Both the position numbers and the translations under genes were made by a program. Positions 18,466 to 29,012 of a DNA stretch of 47,313 bases are shown piece by piece. Position 1 is the first letter of the stretch. Each line of letters begins with the position of its first letter. The stretch is from an uncultured Flavobacterium sp. GTDB lineage: Bacteria; Bacteroidota; Bacteroidia; Flavobacteriales; Flavobacteriaceae. Where the stretch lies: positions 26,908 through 74,220 of the forward strand of contig CAZDKB010000001.1 in assembly GCA_964505885.1 (NCBI GenBank), read 5' to 3'. The notes below the pieces were generated by a model, which ran no database searches, was not told where the DNA came from, and saw nothing but the letters and a program-made list of their open reading frames with translations.

Positions 18466-20586
18466 ATGAAGACAATCATCACATCAATCGCTTTATTATT
18501 CTTTGTTTCAATATCAATTCAAAGCCAAGATTTTCAAAAAATAGATTCTATAGTTAATTCCAAGGTTCAACCAGATCATCCAGGAATTGCTGTGGGTATT
18601 ATTCAAGACGGTAAGATCATTTATGAGAAATATCGCGGACTCTCAAATCTTCAACATCAAATTGCATTTGATGAAAAGACCCGATCGAACATTGCCTCTA
18701 CTGCAAAGCAATTTACCGCGCTAATGATTTTAAAACTCTCCTATGAAAACAAGCTCAAATTAGAAGATGATATTAGAAAATATCTTCCGAATCTTTATCC
18801 AACTGTGAAGGAAGAGATCAAGATCAGGAACTTGTTAAACCATACAAGTGGAATTAGAGATTATGTGGAATTGATGAGTCTGGAAGGACCTGTTTGGTGG
18901 AAGCGATTTGGGTTGGATAATGATGATGTTTTAGCCTTATTAGAAAAGCAACAAGATCTTGGGTTTACTCCAGAATCATATAAAAACTACAGCAACTCTA
19001 ATTATAACCTTTTAGCAGAAATCATTGAGAGAGTATCTGGTAAAGGTTTTAACGAATATTCTAAAGACTTCTTTCAAAACCTGGGAATGAATGAAACCTC
19101 GTTTGTAGAAAGATATATGAGAGTTATTCCCAATAGAGCCAACCCATATTCTGATTGGGGACGAGGTGAATGGTGGGAAGCTCCAACGGTAACTAAAACC
19201 AATGGTGAAGGGTTTTTATACACAACCTTAAAAGATCAATTGATCTTTGAAAAAGCAATTCAAAATGCGACTTATAATAAAGATGTATTATTAATTGAAA
19301 GTCAGAAACCCATCCCAAACTCTAAGATCACACATTACGGATTTGGTCTTGAACTTTATGATAAACTAGGTCATACGGCCGTCCATCATTCCGGAGGAAC
19401 CTTCGGGTTTCATTCTCAAGTCTATAGATTTCCAGAACATAAGCTCACCATATTTATCATGAGCAATAATGGAAACATCAGTAGTAATTTGATCGCCCAG
19501 GAAATTGGACGACTATTACTTCCTCCTTCAACAAAAAAGCCAGCATATGATTCTAGATACAATCAAAATATGGTCTCCTCAGATAGAATACAAATTATCG
19601 GACAATATCGTTCTCCAAAAGGTCGACTCACTAGAATTGTGAAACAAGATGGGAAGCTATACTTCAGACAAAATAAATATTTCAGAATTGAGCTTATTTC
19701 TGAAGAAGAGAACAAATATCACTTCTCTTATGATCCGTCTGATAAGGTAATCTTCTACGAAAATGAGATGGTCTTATACGAAGCCAATGGAGATGTGACT
19801 CAGTTTGAAAGGGTAAGAACTGAAGCTGCAACTTTGGTAGATCTTGAAGGATTTGTAGGAAAATATTTCAATCCAGAATTAAAGTTAGAGTTTGAATTAA
19901 AGCTGAATAAGGATAAGGAGTTAGAACTCGCCTTTAATGGAGGTAATGAAATCGAGAAAGTAACCGTATTTAATAGAAACGAATTCCTTGCCTATGAGAG
20001 TTATGCTTTTGAAGCACTAAGAGATCCTTTTGATAGAATAACCGAGATCAGATTAGATTATGATAGAGCTCTGAATATTGGGTTCCAAAAGAAAACCAAC
20101 TTAAAGTTTCAACCTCAAATCCCAACACAAGGGGGTACCATTCAGGTCTCAACAATCGGATCTAGACATGGGAAAGGCTCTACCATTTTACTCACTAAAA
20201 ACAGACCCAATGGGAACGAGATCTGGTATAAAAGATTTGGCGGAACTAGCTATGACAAAGCAAGTTCTATTCTTGAAACAGAAGATGGTTATTTAATTAT
20301 TGGATCAACAAGTTCTTACGGGGTTGGAAACTACGATATGTTTGTAATCAAAACAGATAAAAACGGGAAAAAGCTATGGCAAAACACCTACGGAAAAGTA
20401 GATAACGATTATGGGTATACGGCTGAAAAAGTAGATAATGGATTTATTATCAAAGGAACAATCCAGCAGTGCAATTCTAGAGATGTCTTAAATCGAAAAT
20501 GCACAGTAAGTGTTTGGTATGTTAATATTGATGCAAATGGTAAGGAGATCTCAAATACCGTATTGGAAGAAATATCCTCTGATTAA
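18466..20586 (+). CDS. Secreted class C beta-lactamase-like serine hydrolase with extra C-terminal domains
   Basis: Signal peptide; SxxK (IASTAK), LLNHTSG, YSN, HSGG; C-terminal propeller-type repeats. Confidence 0.85.
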   Translation: MKTIITSIALLFFVSISIQSQDFQKIDSIVNSKVQPDHPGIAVGIIQDGKIIYEKYRGLSNLQHQIAFDEKTRSNIASTAKQFTALMILKLSYENKLKLEDDIRKYLPNLYPTVKEEIKIRNLLNHTSGIRDYVELMSLEGPVWWKRFGLDNDDVLALLEKQQDLGFTPESYKNYSNSNYNLLAEIIERVSGKGFNEYSKDFFQNLGMNETSFVERYMRVIPNRANPYSDWGRGEWWEAPTVTKTNGEGFLYTTLKDQLIFEKAIQNATYNKDVLLIESQKPIPNSKITHYGFGLELYDKLGHTAVHHSGGTFGFHSQVYRFPEHKLTIFIMSNNGNISSNLIAQEIGRLLLPPSTKKPAYDSRYNQNMVSSDRIQIIGQYRSPKGRLTRIVKQDGKLYFRQNKYFRIELISEEENKYHFSYDPSDKVIFYENEMVLYEANGDVTQFERVRTEAATLVDLEGFVGKYFNPELKLEFELKLNKDKELELAFNGGNEIEKVTVFNRNEFLAYESYAFEALRDPFDRITEIRLDYDRALNIGFQKKTNLKFQPQIPTQGGTIQVSTIGSRHGKGSTILLTKNRPNGNEIWYKRFGGTSYDKASSILETEDGYLIIGSTSSYGVGNYDMFVIKTDKNGKKLWQNTYGKVDNDYGYTAEKVDNGFIIKGTIQQCNSRDVLNRKCTVSVWYVNIDANGKEISNTVLEEISSD

Positions 20587-20614
20587 TCCGTATTTTTGCA
20601 GAAAGTAATTCTAC

Positions 20615-21301
20615 ATGTCACAAACCACTTTGATCTCTTTTTTTCAGTATTCAGGGCTTAAGAATAAGTGGCGCGCATTAGGAAGAATGGGAAGACCTCC
20701 GATTGTCTTAGATGAAGTGGATGGTCTTTCTTTTTTTAAGCCCTTAGGTACAGGAAGCGGAAATGGTTTTTCCATCAAACCTGATTTCTCCACCTTTGGT
20801 TTTGTTGCCGTTTTTGAAGCGGAAGAACTTGCCAAAAGACACCTACAAACAGATACTATTAAAGAGTATACCGAATCTGCCATTTCTTACAGTCATTTAT
20901 TGATGCATACCATAAAAAGTCATGGTGAATGGAGCAAACAAAATCCTTTTCAGGCTTCCGTTGAATTCGATAAGTCAAAACCTTTGGGAGTGATCACAAG
21001 AGCAACCATCAAACCGAAATTGGCTCATAAATTTTGGAAATATGTTCCTTCAGTTTCAAAATCAATGAATGATTATGACGAGCTTATTTTCTCAAAAGGT
21101 ATTGGAGAATTTCCTCTATTGATGCAAGCGACTTTTTCTTTATGGACAAATGCAGAAGCCATGATGAACTATGCCTATCAAAACCCGAAACATGCAGAAA
21201 TGGTACGTAAAACTCGGGAACTTGGATGGTATTCTGAAGAGCTCTTCGCTAGGTTTCAACCTTTTTATCAAGAGGGAAACTTAATTCCTCTCATCCCTTA
21301 A
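20615..21301 (+). CDS. CrtA (spheroidene monooxygenase)-like carotenoid-modifying protein
   Basis: FFKPLGTGSGNGFS, GIGEFP..QATFSLW, HAEM, WYSEELFARF motifs. Confidence 0.7.
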   Translation: MSQTTLISFFQYSGLKNKWRALGRMGRPPIVLDEVDGLSFFKPLGTGSGNGFSIKPDFSTFGFVAVFEAEELAKRHLQTDTIKEYTESAISYSHLLMHTIKSHGEWSKQNPFQASVEFDKSKPLGVITRATIKPKLAHKFWKYVPSVSKSMNDYDELIFSKGIGEFPLLMQATFSLWTNAEAMMNYAYQNPKHAEMVRKTRELGWYSEELFARFQPFYQEGNLIPLIP

Positions 21302-22660
21302 TTTTTGGATATAAACCTTTGTTTCCTTTAATACTTTTGGCGCTAGAATCACAGTAGCCAACATTGTAGGAATCGCCATCAGGGCAAATGTACTATCGAT
21401 TAAACTGATAATAGTTTCCAAACTAGAAGTTGCTCCAATGATAATACTCGCAATAAAGAAATAATTATAGAAATGCTTGTATTTAGCACCTACTAAAAAG
21501 GATAAAGACTTGGTTCCGTAATAAGAATAGGAAAACAAAGAAGAAATACTAAATACAGCAACACATATCATCAAAAGATACTTTCCATAAGTAGGTATCG
21601 CGCTTGCAAATGCCGTTGCTGTTAAGCTCACTCCGTTTGCATCAGAGGTCTGCCAAACTCCTGTCACCAAAATTGCTAAAGCCGTTAAAGTACAGACCAC
21701 GATGGTATCAATAAAAGGTCCTAACATGGCTACCAAACCTTCTCTTACTGGCTCATCAGTTTTAGCTGCTCCATGAGCCATGGGTGCTGTTCCAATACCT
21801 GCTTCATTAGAGAAAGCTCCACGTTGCACTCCATAAACGATCAAGGCTCCAATTGCTCCACCGAAAAAGGAATCTAATTTGGTATTCTTAGCTGAAAAAG
21901 CATCCGTAAAAATTAATTGTAAGTACTCTGGAACTACATCAATATTTACGATCAGAATGATCATTACCAAAACAAAGTATAACAGCACCATTGAAGGAAC
22001 CAAACGAGCGGTTACCTTACCGATTCTCTTTAATCCTCCCAGAATTACTACCGAAGTAATAAGTACCAATACAATTCCAAAAATGATCTTAGTGGTTAAT
22101 GTAACCTCAACTCCGTTCGGCGTAAGCATAATATCATTGAATGCCTGAGTCAACTGATTCACATTAAACACAGGTAATGCTCCTACCATAGCACAAAAAC
22201 TAAAGAAAACAGCTAAGGGTTTCCAGTTTTTACCAAGACCTTCAACAATGAAATACATAGGCCCTCCTTGTAACTCTCCTTCCGAATCCTTTCCTCTATA
22301 TAAAATCGCAAGAACGGAGGTGAAATATTTTGTAGACATCCCTACAATCGCAGAAATCCACATCCAAAAAATAGCTCCTGGACCTCCGATGGCAATGGCA
22401 ACAGCAACACCTGAAATATTACCCATACCTACAGTGGCAGAGAGAGCCGTTGTCAGCGCCTGAAAGTGACTAATCTGACCTGGATCATTGGGATCATCGT
22501 ATTTTCCTCGTAGAATCTGAATGGCATGACCAAAAAATCTAAAGGGTAAAAACTTTGATCGGATCAATAAGTACAATCCTCCTCCAATCAATAAAATAAG
22601 TAAGGGTAAACCCCAAATAAATGAGGCAAAACTTTGTATGGCTTCGCTAATAAAATCCAT
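21281..22660 (-). CDS. Alanine/glycine:cation symporter (AGCS family)
   Basis: GMGNISGVA, GGPGAIFWMW, GGPMY, RGAFSNEAGIG, FIDT. Confidence 0.95.
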   Translation of the reverse strand: MDFISEAIQSFASFIWGLPLLILLIGGGLYLLIRSKFLPFRFFGHAIQILRGKYDDPNDPGQISHFQALTTALSATVGMGNISGVAVAIAIGGPGAIFWMWISAIVGMSTKYFTSVLAILYRGKDSEGELQGGPMYFIVEGLGKNWKPLAVFFSFCAMVGALPVFNVNQLTQAFNDIMLTPNGVEVTLTTKIIFGIVLVLITSVVILGGLKRIGKVTARLVPSMVLLYFVLVMIILIVNIDVVPEYLQLIFTDAFSAKNTKLDSFFGGAIGALIVYGVQRGAFSNEAGIGTAPMAHGAAKTDEPVREGLVAMLGPFIDTIVVCTLTALAILVTGVWQTSDANGVSLTATAFASAIPTYGKYLLMICVAVFSISSLFSYSYYGTKSLSFLVGAKYKHFYNYFFIASIIIGATSSLETIISLIDSTFALMAIPTMLATVILAPKVLKETKVYIQKLRDERN

Positions 22661-23676
22661 TAAAATCTAACTTTAGAAAGGTTATCGGTAACTTCTATGT
22701 TCACTTTTCTTCCCATGATCATAGCTCTGTTATCGGGTTCGTGCCCCGCCGGAAAACCAAATAATATAGGGAAATCAAATTCTGAAGTTGCATCCAAAAT
22801 CAATTGCTCTATTGAGGTTCCCCACACGGTAGTATTCTTTTTAATATTGGTCATGTCCCCAACAATCAATCCTTTTAAATTGGTAAAATAACCTGCTCTT
22901 TTTAAGCTTTGAAGCATTCGATCAATATGGTACTTATACTCTCCGATCTCTTCAATAAATAAGATCTTACCATCAGTATTTAGCTGGCTGTCACCTCCCA
23001 ACATTGTCAATAAAATCGTAAGGTTTCCACCTACTAATTGACCTTCTGCAACACCTACTACATTATACTTTGAAGAAGGAATATCATAGACTATATCTTC
23101 ACCAAAAAGAGAGCTTTTCAAGGTTGCTTTACTTTTCTCTGTATCCTTTGGGTCAAATATCATACTTGCTCCCATCATACCATGAATAGTCTCGATTCCC
23201 ATATTGTGGATATGGTTATGGAATGCTGTAATATCTGAATAACCAATAATCCATTTTGGGTTTTCTATGAACTTTGAAAAATCTAATTTATCTAAAATTC
23301 TTACCGAACCATATCCGCCTCTTGCGCACCAAATGGCTTTGATATTTGGGTTGTTTAATGCTTTCTGAAAGTCTTCCGCTCGTTGTTCATCAGTTCCTGC
23401 AAAATGATTGTTGTCCTTATACAGATAATCGCCTAATAGTACTTTCAAGCCCCAACTTTCAGCAAGAACCTTAGCTTGATCAATGGCCTCTTTTTTACCA
23501 TTCAGAATCCCAGCAGGAGCAACAATAGCAATGGAATCTCCTGCTTTTAGATAGTCCGGTTGTATTAATGTCATTTCCTTAAGACTAATGGTATCATTTA
23601 TTTGTTGTGAAAAACTAGACAAACTTGATAGAAGAACAAACAAGTATGCTGATAACAGTTTTCGTCTACTGTTCAT
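22660..23676 (-). CDS. LD-carboxypeptidase (peptidase S66)
   Basis: RGGYG, GYSDIT (Ser), GGNL, EE, GH; start uncertain (23676 or 23727). Confidence 0.9.
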   Translation of the reverse strand: MNSRRKLLSAYLFVLLSSLSSFSQQINDTISLKEMTLIQPDYLKAGDSIAIVAPAGILNGKKEAIDQAKVLAESWGLKVLLGDYLYKDNNHFAGTDEQRAEDFQKALNNPNIKAIWCARGGYGSVRILDKLDFSKFIENPKWIIGYSDITAFHNHIHNMGIETIHGMMGASMIFDPKDTEKSKATLKSSLFGEDIVYDIPSSKYNVVGVAEGQLVGGNLTILLTMLGGDSQLNTDGKILFIEEIGEYKYHIDRMLQSLKRAGYFTNLKGLIVGDMTNIKKNTTVWGTSIEQLILDATSEFDFPILFGFPAGHEPDNRAMIMGRKVNIEVTDNLSKVRF

Positions 23677-23826
23677 ATAATTCCTTTGGGATAAAAGTAC
23701 ATGAAATTTTTTATTCATTTTTTTCATTTCTATTTCTACTCAGAATTAAACCTTCTGGAAAAACATATGTCTCATAAATGTAGTATCTTACCAACTATAA
23801 GGATCTATTATTGAAATAATTGCTGA

Positions 23827-25281
23827 ATGACTGTAACCTCCTGTAATACTAGTTCTCTTGCAACCTATGTGCCAAGCTCTGATAAGCCTTGGAATGCGAA
23901 AAGGGTAAATCACCTTTCTAGAAGATTAGGGTTTGGAGCAAATATTGAGGACGTGAATTCGGCATTAACCTCTACTCCTTCTGAATATATTGACTCCATG
24001 GTTGATCAGGCAATTGCTTTGCCACAAACTGAAGCTCCTGTCTGGGCTAACTGGAACTATAATGATTACATAAATAATGGGCTTGATTTTCCCGAGGCAA
24101 ACATAGATAACCAATATGAGTTAAGGATTACCGCAGTCAAGGATCTATTAAATGACGGACTTCGAGGTAGAATGTCCTTGTTTTGGCATAACCATTTTGT
24201 GACCGAAGTTCAGGTGTATTTCTGTTCTAGCTATATGTTTCATTATTATAATCTCTTACAGAGTAACTGTCTTGGAGATTTTAAAGAATTTGTGCGTAAA
24301 GTAGGAATTAGTGAGGCCATGTTGGTTTATTTGAATGGATTCGAAAACACAAATAATGCTCCCAATGAGAACTATGCAAGAGAATTGTATGAACTCTTCA
24401 CTTTAGGGGTAGACAACGGCTATACGCAGGAGGATATAGAAGAAACTTCTCGTGCCTTAACAGGTTATAATCACACGAATGTTTACTGCGATTCTATCCA
24501 ATTTGATGCAAGTACTTTTGATAATTCAGAGAAAACCATTTTTGGAAGAACCGGTAATTGGGGATATGATGATGTTATTGATATTCTATTTGAAGAAAGA
24601 GCTCCTTTGATAGCTCGATTCATCTGTGAGAAATTATATAAATACTTTGTAAGCCCACAAATCAATGAATCTATTATTGATGAGCTTGCTTCTTCATTTG
24701 TTGTCGACTTTAATATTGCTGAGCTTCTAAGAACTTTGTTTAAAAGTGAGCATTTCTTTGATGATGCAGCAATCGGGACTATTATTAAGAGTCCGTATGA
24801 CCTTACAAATAGTTATTTAAATATTACCAATTTTTCGGTTAACCCTGATGATTACGGAGCGATATTTTATTACAATGAAATCGGTGGACAAGAATTGTTT
24901 AACCCAGTAGATGTGGCCGGATGGCAAGGAGATCAGGATTGGATCAACTCCAGCACCCTTGGTGGAAGATGGTTAGCAATGGAAAATTTTGTCTGGTATA
25001 CTTGGAACAATTATCGTGAAGAATTGAGAGATTTTGCCTTAGATCTAACAGATCATAGCATCGACCCTGAGTTTATTACTCGATCTATCGTTGATAGGTT
25101 TATGCCCAACGGTTTTAATACAGAGTCAGATTATATTATTGCAACGGATGTGTTTAAAGGAGATATTCCTCAAAACTATTATGACGACCAAAGCTGGAAT
25201 TTGTACTGGGATACTGCTCCCTATCAGATCGTTTTATTGCTTATACACATTACAAAGATTCCTGAATTTCAATTAAAGTAA
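23827..25281 (+). CDS. DUF1800 family protein
   Basis: HLSRRLGFG, LFWHNHF, PNENYARELYELFTLG, ALTG, AGW, PEFQL. Confidence 0.9.
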   Translation: MTVTSCNTSSLATYVPSSDKPWNAKRVNHLSRRLGFGANIEDVNSALTSTPSEYIDSMVDQAIALPQTEAPVWANWNYNDYINNGLDFPEANIDNQYELRITAVKDLLNDGLRGRMSLFWHNHFVTEVQVYFCSSYMFHYYNLLQSNCLGDFKEFVRKVGISEAMLVYLNGFENTNNAPNENYARELYELFTLGVDNGYTQEDIEETSRALTGYNHTNVYCDSIQFDASTFDNSEKTIFGRTGNWGYDDVIDILFEERAPLIARFICEKLYKYFVSPQINESIIDELASSFVVDFNIAELLRTLFKSEHFFDDAAIGTIIKSPYDLTNSYLNITNFSVNPDDYGAIFYYNEIGGQELFNPVDVAGWQGDQDWINSSTLGGRWLAMENFVWYTWNNYREELRDFALDLTDHSIDPEFITRSIVDRFMPNGFNTESDYIIATDVFKGDIPQNYYDDQSWNLYWDTAPYQIVLLLIHITKIPEFQLK

Positions 25282-25286
25282 CCCCT

Positions 25287-26894
25287 ATGTGCGATCATAA
25301 ACCAACATACAAAAAGGTCAAAGAAGACATCCACGATCAAGAACACAAACATTGGAGTAGAAGGTCGTTTCTTCAAGCCTTAGGTCTTGTGGGAGGGGGA
25401 TCATTCCTGTTGGGAAGTAAAAGTGTTTCTGCATCCAGACCTTCGCCTTTGGCATCAGCTTTGGCGGCAAGTGAATCTGATAGAATCCTTGTATTAATAA
25501 GATTGAAAGGCGGTAACGATGGACTAAATACTATCGTTCCAATATATGATTACGATCGTTATTCGAATCTTAGACCGACTCTTAGACTAGATCAAAATTC
25601 TTTGTATAACCTATCTCCAGATTTTGGTTTGCCAAACTTCATGAGTGATCTGCAATCCATGTGGGGAGATGGTGCCATGAAAGTGGTTCATGGTGTAGGA
25701 TATGATGATTCGAGTTTATCTCATTTCTCGGGTTCTGATATTTGGGCTTCAACAGACGGAAATGATGTAGAACAAACAGGGTGGTTAGGAAGACATTTTG
25801 AGGATTTGTATCCAGACTATTTGGTAAATCCTCCTGAAGTTCCGCCTGCTGTTCAGATCGGAAGTATTGGAAACCTAATATTTGATGGCACACTCAACAA
25901 TTACGCTTTTTCAGTAGCCAATCCAGATCAATTGGAAAATATTGCCGAAAGCGGTGTAGCACATAGTATGACGGATCTGCCTAATTGTACCTATGGAGAT
26001 CAACTTGCGTTCATGAGAGGTACCACCAATACAACGTATAATTACGCAGGAGTGATTCATGAAGCATACGTAAGTTCCAGTAATTCTGTTAATTATTTAG
26101 ACGAAGAACTAGGTCAACAATTGGCAATTGTAGCTAGAATGATCAAGGGAAATCTTGGAACTAAGGTCTATATGGTAACTATCAATGGATTTGATACACA
26201 TGCGAATCAAGCTCAATATCATGCAGACCTCTTAAACAATCTATCCAACTCGGTAAAGTTGTTTTTCGACGATCTTGCCACCACAGGTCAAGACCAAAAT
26301 GTATTGGCGATGACCTTTAGCGAATTTGGTAGAAGACCCGATGAGAACGGATCTTTTGGAACCGATCACGGTGCCGCAGCTCCGATATTATTGTTTGGGC
26401 CAGCCATCGATAACAATGGTTTTGTGGGTACTCACCCGAGTCTTAGCAATCTTGACGCAGTTGGAAACCTCATTCATAGTATTGATTTTAGACAGATCTA
26501 TGCTTCCGTATTACAAGACTGGCTTTGCTTGGATTCAACTGCGGTTAATCAGGCTCTATTAGGTCAAACTTTTGAAACTTTAGATCTTGGATTTAGTTGT
26601 GACTCCTTGAGTGTTGATCCTATTGATCTTCAGCGCACCTTCTCTCACACCCCTTTATATGAAAATGACCAAGTCTCCATAAAGATCACCAATTTGAACA
26701 CCCAACACACCGTGGTTAAACTCTTTAATATTTTGGGACAAGAAGTGGCCACCTTGAAGAATGAGATTTTATTTGAAGGAGTTCATGTGATCAATATCAA
26801 ACAAGCTGCAAAAAGAAGGTTGTACCCTGGGCAATATATCTATCGAATTTCTGTAGGTAAGTCTCACTACAGTAGGTCAATTATTCTCCAGTAA
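25287..26894 (+). CDS. DUF1501 family protein with Tat signal and T9SS-type C-terminal domain
   Basis: SRRSFL; GGNDGLN, SHF, FDTH, SEFGRR, GTDHG; C-terminal LFNILGQEV...PGQYIY. Confidence 0.88.
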   Translation: MCDHKPTYKKVKEDIHDQEHKHWSRRSFLQALGLVGGGSFLLGSKSVSASRPSPLASALAASESDRILVLIRLKGGNDGLNTIVPIYDYDRYSNLRPTLRLDQNSLYNLSPDFGLPNFMSDLQSMWGDGAMKVVHGVGYDDSSLSHFSGSDIWASTDGNDVEQTGWLGRHFEDLYPDYLVNPPEVPPAVQIGSIGNLIFDGTLNNYAFSVANPDQLENIAESGVAHSMTDLPNCTYGDQLAFMRGTTNTTYNYAGVIHEAYVSSSNSVNYLDEELGQQLAIVARMIKGNLGTKVYMVTINGFDTHANQAQYHADLLNNLSNSVKLFFDDLATTGQDQNVLAMTFSEFGRRPDENGSFGTDHGAAAPILLFGPAIDNNGFVGTHPSLSNLDAVGNLIHSIDFRQIYASVLQDWLCLDSTAVNQALLGQTFETLDLGFSCDSLSVDPIDLQRTFSHTPLYENDQVSIKITNLNTQHTVVKLFNILGQEVATLKNEILFEGVHVINIKQAAKRRLYPGQYIYRISVGKSHYSRSIILQ

Positions 26895-26948
26895 AACAGG
26901 GAGAAACTTATTCTAAAATCCGTAATTTTACGCGCTCAAACGGAAACT

Positions 26949-29012
26949 ATGTCGAAACGATATACCATTACAGCTGCGTTACCTTATACCAACGGTCCAA
27001 TTCATATTGGGCACCTTGCTGGTGTATATGTCCCTGCTGATATTTATGCTAGATATTTACGATTAACTGGTAATGATGTTGCCTATATCTGTGGTTCTGA
27101 CGAACACGGGGTTGCGATTCCAATGAAGGCGAAAAAAGAGGGTGTATCTCCTCAAGAGATCATTGATAAATACCATGGAATCATCAAGCAGTCTTTTCAA
27201 GATTTTGGTATTTCTTTCGATAATTATTCTCGTACCTCGGCAGAGATTCATCATAAAACTGCCTCTGAGTTCTTTGTGAATTTGTATGATAAAGGTGAGT
27301 TTATCGAAGAAGTGACCGAGCAATTATATGATGAACAAGCGAATCAATTCTTAGCCGATCGTTTTGTGATTGGAACTTGCCCAAAATGTGGCTTTGAAGA
27401 AAGCTATGGAGACCAATGTGAAAACTGTGGAACCTCTCACAATGCAACAGATCTGATCAATCCGAAATCGGCGATCACAGGAAATGTGCCAACCTTAAAG
27501 ACTACAAAACACTGGTTCTTACCATTAGACAAGCATGAAGATTTCTTACGTGAATGGATTTTAGAAGGACATAAAAACGATTGGAAACCCAATGTATACG
27601 GGCAAGTAAAATCTTGGGTGGAAGATGGTTTGAGACCCAGAGCGGTAACAAGAGATTTGGACTGGGGAATTCCAGTTCCAGTAGAAGGTGGAGAAGGAAA
27701 AGTTCTGTATGTGTGGTTTGATGCTCCTATCGGATACATTTCTGCAACCAAAGAATGGGCAGAAAGAGGAGGAAAGAACTGGGAAGATTATTGGAAAGAT
27801 GAAGACACCAAATTGGTTCACTTTATTGGAAAAGACAATATTGTTTTTCACTGTATCATATTCCCGTCTATGCTAAAAGCACATGGTGATTATGTACTTC
27901 CAGAGAACGTTCCAGCCAATGAGTTCTTAAATCTAGAAGGAAATAAATTGTCAACTTCTAAGAACTGGGCAGTTTGGTTGCATGAATATTTGGAAGAATT
28001 CCCTGGACAAGAAGATGTATTGAGATATACGTTAACCGCCAACGCACCAGAAAGCAAGGACAACGATTTTACTTGGAAAGATTTCCAAGCTAGAAATAAT
28101 AATGAGTTAGTTGCCATCTTCGGTAACTTTATTAATAGAGTGGTTGTATTGACGCATAAGTACTTCGATGGAATCATACAAGAGCCTGGAGATTTTACAG
28201 AAGTAGATGAAGATACCTTAGCAAGTTTAAAAGACTTCCCTGGAATTATTGGAAAATCTATTGAACGCTATCGCTTTAGAGAAGCTTCTCAAGAATTAAT
28301 GAACTTAGCAAGATTAGGAAACAAATATCTCGCTGATGAAGAACCTTGGAAGAAGATCAAAACCGATGAAGAAAGAGTAAAAACCATCATGTATGTAGCA
28401 TTACAAATTGCTGCGGGAATGTCTGTGGTTTCTGAACCTTTCTTACCCTTTACTTCGAAGAAACTAAAGAAGATGCTTTGCATTGACTTCTGCAGAGAAG
28501 AAAAAGGTTTGTCATGGGAAGATATTTCAAGCAAAGATGTATTGCTAAGACCAGAACATCAAATTGGAAAGTCGGAGTTATTGTTCTCTAAGATAGACGA
28601 CAAGGTTGTGATAGCTCAACTAGAAAAACTAGAGGCTACAAAATTAGCGAATGAGCAAGCTAACAAACCTGTAGAACCTCAGAAAGAGACAATCGAATTT
28701 GAAGACTTTACCAAACTCGACATCCGAGTAGGAACCATCTTGGAGGCAGAAAAAGTAGCGAAAACCAAGAAATTACTTCAGCTTAAAGTGGATGTCGGAA
28801 TCGATGTTAGAACCATCGTTTCTGGAATTGCAGAAAGCTTTTCACCAGAAGAGATCATCGGGCAACAAGTGACAGTATTGACGAATTTAGCTCCAAGAAA
28901 GATTCGTGGAGTTGAGAGTCAAGGAATGATCTTAATGACCGACACTCCTGATGGTAAACTAGCCTTTGTAGAACCCGAAAGAGAAGTAAAAAACGGGCAA
29001 CAGATTAGTTAA
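26949..29012 (+). CDS. metG: Methionine--tRNA ligase
   Basis: HIGH, zinc knuckle CPKC/CENC, YVWFDA, KLSTS, C-terminal tRNA-binding domain. Confidence 0.98.
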   Translation: MSKRYTITAALPYTNGPIHIGHLAGVYVPADIYARYLRLTGNDVAYICGSDEHGVAIPMKAKKEGVSPQEIIDKYHGIIKQSFQDFGISFDNYSRTSAEIHHKTASEFFVNLYDKGEFIEEVTEQLYDEQANQFLADRFVIGTCPKCGFEESYGDQCENCGTSHNATDLINPKSAITGNVPTLKTTKHWFLPLDKHEDFLREWILEGHKNDWKPNVYGQVKSWVEDGLRPRAVTRDLDWGIPVPVEGGEGKVLYVWFDAPIGYISATKEWAERGGKNWEDYWKDEDTKLVHFIGKDNIVFHCIIFPSMLKAHGDYVLPENVPANEFLNLEGNKLSTSKNWAVWLHEYLEEFPGQEDVLRYTLTANAPESKDNDFTWKDFQARNNNELVAIFGNFINRVVVLTHKYFDGIIQEPGDFTEVDEDTLASLKDFPGIIGKSIERYRFREASQELMNLARLGNKYLADEEPWKKIKTDEERVKTIMYVALQIAAGMSVVSEPFLPFTSKKLKKMLCIDFCREEKGLSWEDISSKDVLLRPEHQIGKSELLFSKIDDKVVIAQLEKLEATKLANEQANKPVEPQKETIEFEDFTKLDIRVGTILEAEKVAKTKKLLQLKVDVGIDVRTIVSGIAESFSPEEIIGQQVTVLTNLAPRKIRGVESQGMILMTDTPDGKLAFVEPEREVKNGQQIS

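Noticed and set aside
21281-21301. Short overlaps of convergent gene ends (also 10946-10949, 14420-14427, 29911-29914, 35739-35747)
   Set aside because: Common in compact AT-rich genomes
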